A stretch of 64,000 bases of DNA from Rubripirellula sp. (lineage in GTDB: Bacteria > Planctomycetota > Planctomycetia > Pirellulales > Pirellulaceae): the NCBI GenBank assembly GCA_965216875.1, contig OZ244207.1, positions 5,248,001-5,312,000 of the forward strand, given 5' to 3'. The position numbers were made by a program, and so were the translations under genes. Position 1 is the first letter of the stretch. Each line of letters opens with the position of its first letter. Positions 61,714 to 64,000 of the stretch are shown piece after piece. Below the pieces are notes generated by a model. It did not search any database, was not told where the DNA came from, and was given only the letters and a program-made list of their open reading frames with translations.

Positions 61714-62562
61714 CTAAGACTCTTTTGACGAGGTGAATTTCAGCAGCAACCAATCGCCAAGCTTGGGAACTGCGTGGCCCAGCGCGATCAGCAATCGCAT
61801 ATGTCGAGGCAAGACCAGGTCGGGCAGCCGTCGTGTGGCGGCGCGATACACGGCATCGGCCACGACCTGCGGATCGAGCCCTTTGATGGTCGTTCCACCG
61901 CCTGGTTGTGACGCCTGTGCTGGAAGCGATTCGTCCATCTGCTTCTGGTAGCGATTACCCGCGTCATCGCGACGAATCGGACCTGGGCTAACCAGGCCGA
62001 CGTGAACGCCTTTGGGTTTCAATTCCAATCGCATCTGCTGACTCAAACCAGCAATCGCGTGCTTGGCTGCTGCGTATCCGCCGATGTAGCGTGCCCCAAC
62101 CTTGGAAGCGAGCGATCCAATGTTGATGATCGCGCCGCGGCTCTTTTCCAAAAGTGGAAGTGCAGCCTGGGAACAGAGCAGGGCAGTGGTGACGTTTTGC
62201 GTAAACAACTCTTGCAGCCGCTCGGGCGACAGCGTCTCGCCAAGACCGCGATCACTCATGCCCACGCAATTGACCAGAACATCGATACGCCCCCACTCGT
62301 CGTGAATCTGCTCGAACAGACGCACGACCTCGGCATTGATCGCCAAGTCACCGACGACGGCAAGAACGTCGCGGTCGCTTCGACCTTCGACCAGATGATC
62401 CCTGGCTTCGGATAGCCGAACGGAATCGCGACCGGTCACCACCACACGATACGAGTTCCGCAAAAAGGTCTCAGCGATGACCAGTCCCAATCCAGCTGAG
62501 CTACCGGTCACCACGGCGACTGGCTGCGGCGACGAGGCTGGGGGGGCAGAATCCGATTGCAT
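61714..62562 (-). CDS. Short-chain dehydrogenase/reductase
   Basis: VTGSSAGLG, LVNCVG, NIGS, YAAAK. Confidence 0.92.
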   Translation of the reverse strand: MQSDSAPPASSPQPVAVVTGSSAGLGLVIAETFLRNSYRVVVTGRDSVRLSEARDHLVEGRSDRDVLAVVGDLAINAEVVRLFEQIHDEWGRIDVLVNCVGMSDRGLGETLSPERLQELFTQNVTTALLCSQAALPLLEKSRGAIINIGSLASKVGARYIGGYAAAKHAIAGLSQQMRLELKPKGVHVGLVSPGPIRRDDAGNRYQKQMDESLPAQASQPGGGTTIKGLDPQVVADAVYRAATRRLPDLVLPRHMRLLIALGHAVPKLGDWLLLKFTSSKES

Positions 62563-62783
62563 TCGTATCGTGAGAATTGAAATGGACGCGAGGGGAGAAA
62601 TCCGAACAATGAAAGTTTAGCGAGATCTCCTATTGGCAACCAACAGGCCTCGCATCTGACAACGAACTTCGTACATTCAGCGTAGGAATCGACACTTTCC
62701 ATTGGCGGCAGACAGTGCGCGGCACCTAGGGCTCTTAATGCCCCCTTATCACCAAAGCCCCCTCATTGGTTGACAAGTCACGT

Positions 62784-64000
62784 ATGCCAAGACCTTCATT
62801 ACTAGAAGCATGTACAAAAATCGTTGCTACCGTCGGACCGGCGTGTAGCTCACCCGAGCAACTGGCGGAGCTCATCCTGGCCGGTGCCGATATCTTCCGC
62901 ATCAACACGGCCCATGGCACTCGCGACGAGCACGAGGTAACACTCGCCAACATTCGCCAAGCATCCAAGGCGACAGGCTTCCCGGTGGGCGTCCTTCTCG
63001 ATTTGGCCGGCCCCAAGATTCGTCTTGGTCAACTGGTCGACGACGAACTGCACTGCAACATCGGCATGAAGGTCCGGTTCATCCGGGGCGATGAATCGAA
63101 CGATCCATGCGACCTGACAAGTTCCTATTCGAAATTGGTTGACGAACTTAGCGTTGAAGATCGCGTCCTGTTAGCCGACGGTGCGGTCACTTTGAAAGTC
63201 ACCGCTGTCTCCGACGACTGTGCCGAGTGCGAAGTGGTTGCAAAGGGACGCATCAAGAGTCGCCAGGGAATCAACCTTCCCGACGTGCAACTATCGGTCT
63301 CGTCGATGTTGCCTCGCGACGTTGACAACGCAATTTGGGCCGCGAACAACGATGTTGATTTCATCAGTTTGTCGTTCGTTCGCTCGGCCGAAGATGTCCA
63401 GGCACTCAAGAAGCTGCTCGTCAGCTACGAATCGGATGCTCTGGTAATCGCCAAGATCGAAAAGCCAGAAGCGATCCGCAATCTTGAGTCCATCGTTGAT
63501 GCGACCGACGGCGTGATGGTCGCGCGCGGTGACCTTGGCGTCGAAATCGATGTTGCCGAAACCGCTGTCGCACAGAAGCGAATCATTCGCGTTTGCAAAG
63601 AAAAAATGAAGCCGGTGATCGTGGCGACCCAGATGCTCGAATCGATGCATCAGAGTGTTCGTCCGACCCGAGCGGAAGTCAGTGACGTCTCCAATGCAAT
63701 CTTGGATGGAACAGACGCCTGCATGTTGAGCGGCGAAACCGCGGTGGGCGAGCATCCGGCCAAGGCTGTCGAAACCATGAACCGCATCATGCGGATCACC
63801 GAACGCGAAATGCTCGAGCATCGTCGCGAAGACATTCGGCGATCGAGCCGCGTCCACCCGATCACGAGTGCCGTCACCATCGCCGGTACAAATATCGCAG
63901 AATCGATCGGTGCAAAACTGATCGTGATCATGACGCGAAGCGGCAACACCGCCTGGATCAAAAGCTCGACACGCAGCCTGATCCCAACGGTCGGCGTCAG
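62784..64000 (+). CDS. pyk: Pyruvate kinase (3' truncated by the window edge)
   Basis: Manual translation: MPRPSLLEACTKIVATVGPA...FRINTAHG...DLAGPKIR...IAKIEK...MVARGDLG...ATQMLESM...PTRAEVSDV.NAILDGTDACMLSGETA. Confidence 0.96.
   Translation, partial: MPRPSLLEACTKIVATVGPACSSPEQLAELILAGADIFRINTAHGTRDEHEVTLANIRQASKATGFPVGVLLDLAGPKIRLGQLVDDELHCNIGMKVRFIRGDESNDPCDLTSSYSKLVDELSVEDRVLLADGAVTLKVTAVSDDCAECEVVAKGRIKSRQGINLPDVQLSVSSMLPRDVDNAIWAANNDVDFISLSFVRSAEDVQALKKLLVSYESDALVIAKIEKPEAIRNLESIVDATDGVMVARGDLGVEIDVAETAVAQKRIIRVCKEKMKPVIVATQMLESMHQSVRPTRAEVSDVSNAILDGTDACMLSGETAVGEHPAKAVETMNRIMRITEREMLEHRREDIRRSSRVHPITSAVTIAGTNIAESIGAKLIVIMTRSGNTAWIKSSTRSLIPTVGV

Overview
Core-genome window from a planctomycete, probably Pirellulaceae (Rhodopirellula/Rubripirellula/Stieleria-like). 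This is inferred from DUF1559, PEP-CTERM, a PVC-type heme protein, an ECF-Ser/Thr kinase pair, a sulfatase and the REP-like repeats. It holds about 45 CDS. These include housekeeping genes (mutM, trpB, kdsB, pyrG, xylA, pyk, flgM, Fur-family) and transporters (SSS, ABC, CDF, two CNNM proteins, and an SLC4-like anion transporter with a PTS-EIIA domain). No rRNA, tRNA, CRISPR, transposase or phage genes were seen. The best candidate for an undescribed system is a cobalamin riboswitch (minus strand, ~31100-31335) directly upstream of a DUF1559 pilin-like gene and a DUF4465/PEP-CTERM gene, suggesting a B12-capture module with no BtuB in the window. Other highlights: a bacterial Band-3/SLC4 homolog with an intact EIIA phospho-His motif and Ser at the AE1 E681 position; a TPR-ExbB-ExbD-'TonB-like linker + prenyltransferase-fold' operon; an apparently circularly permuted PVC heme/dehydrogenase protein; a translationally coupled kinase-ECF pair; and a mosaic of nested GTAG-type REP elements. 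All family assignments come from recognising motifs by eye; no database searches were run.
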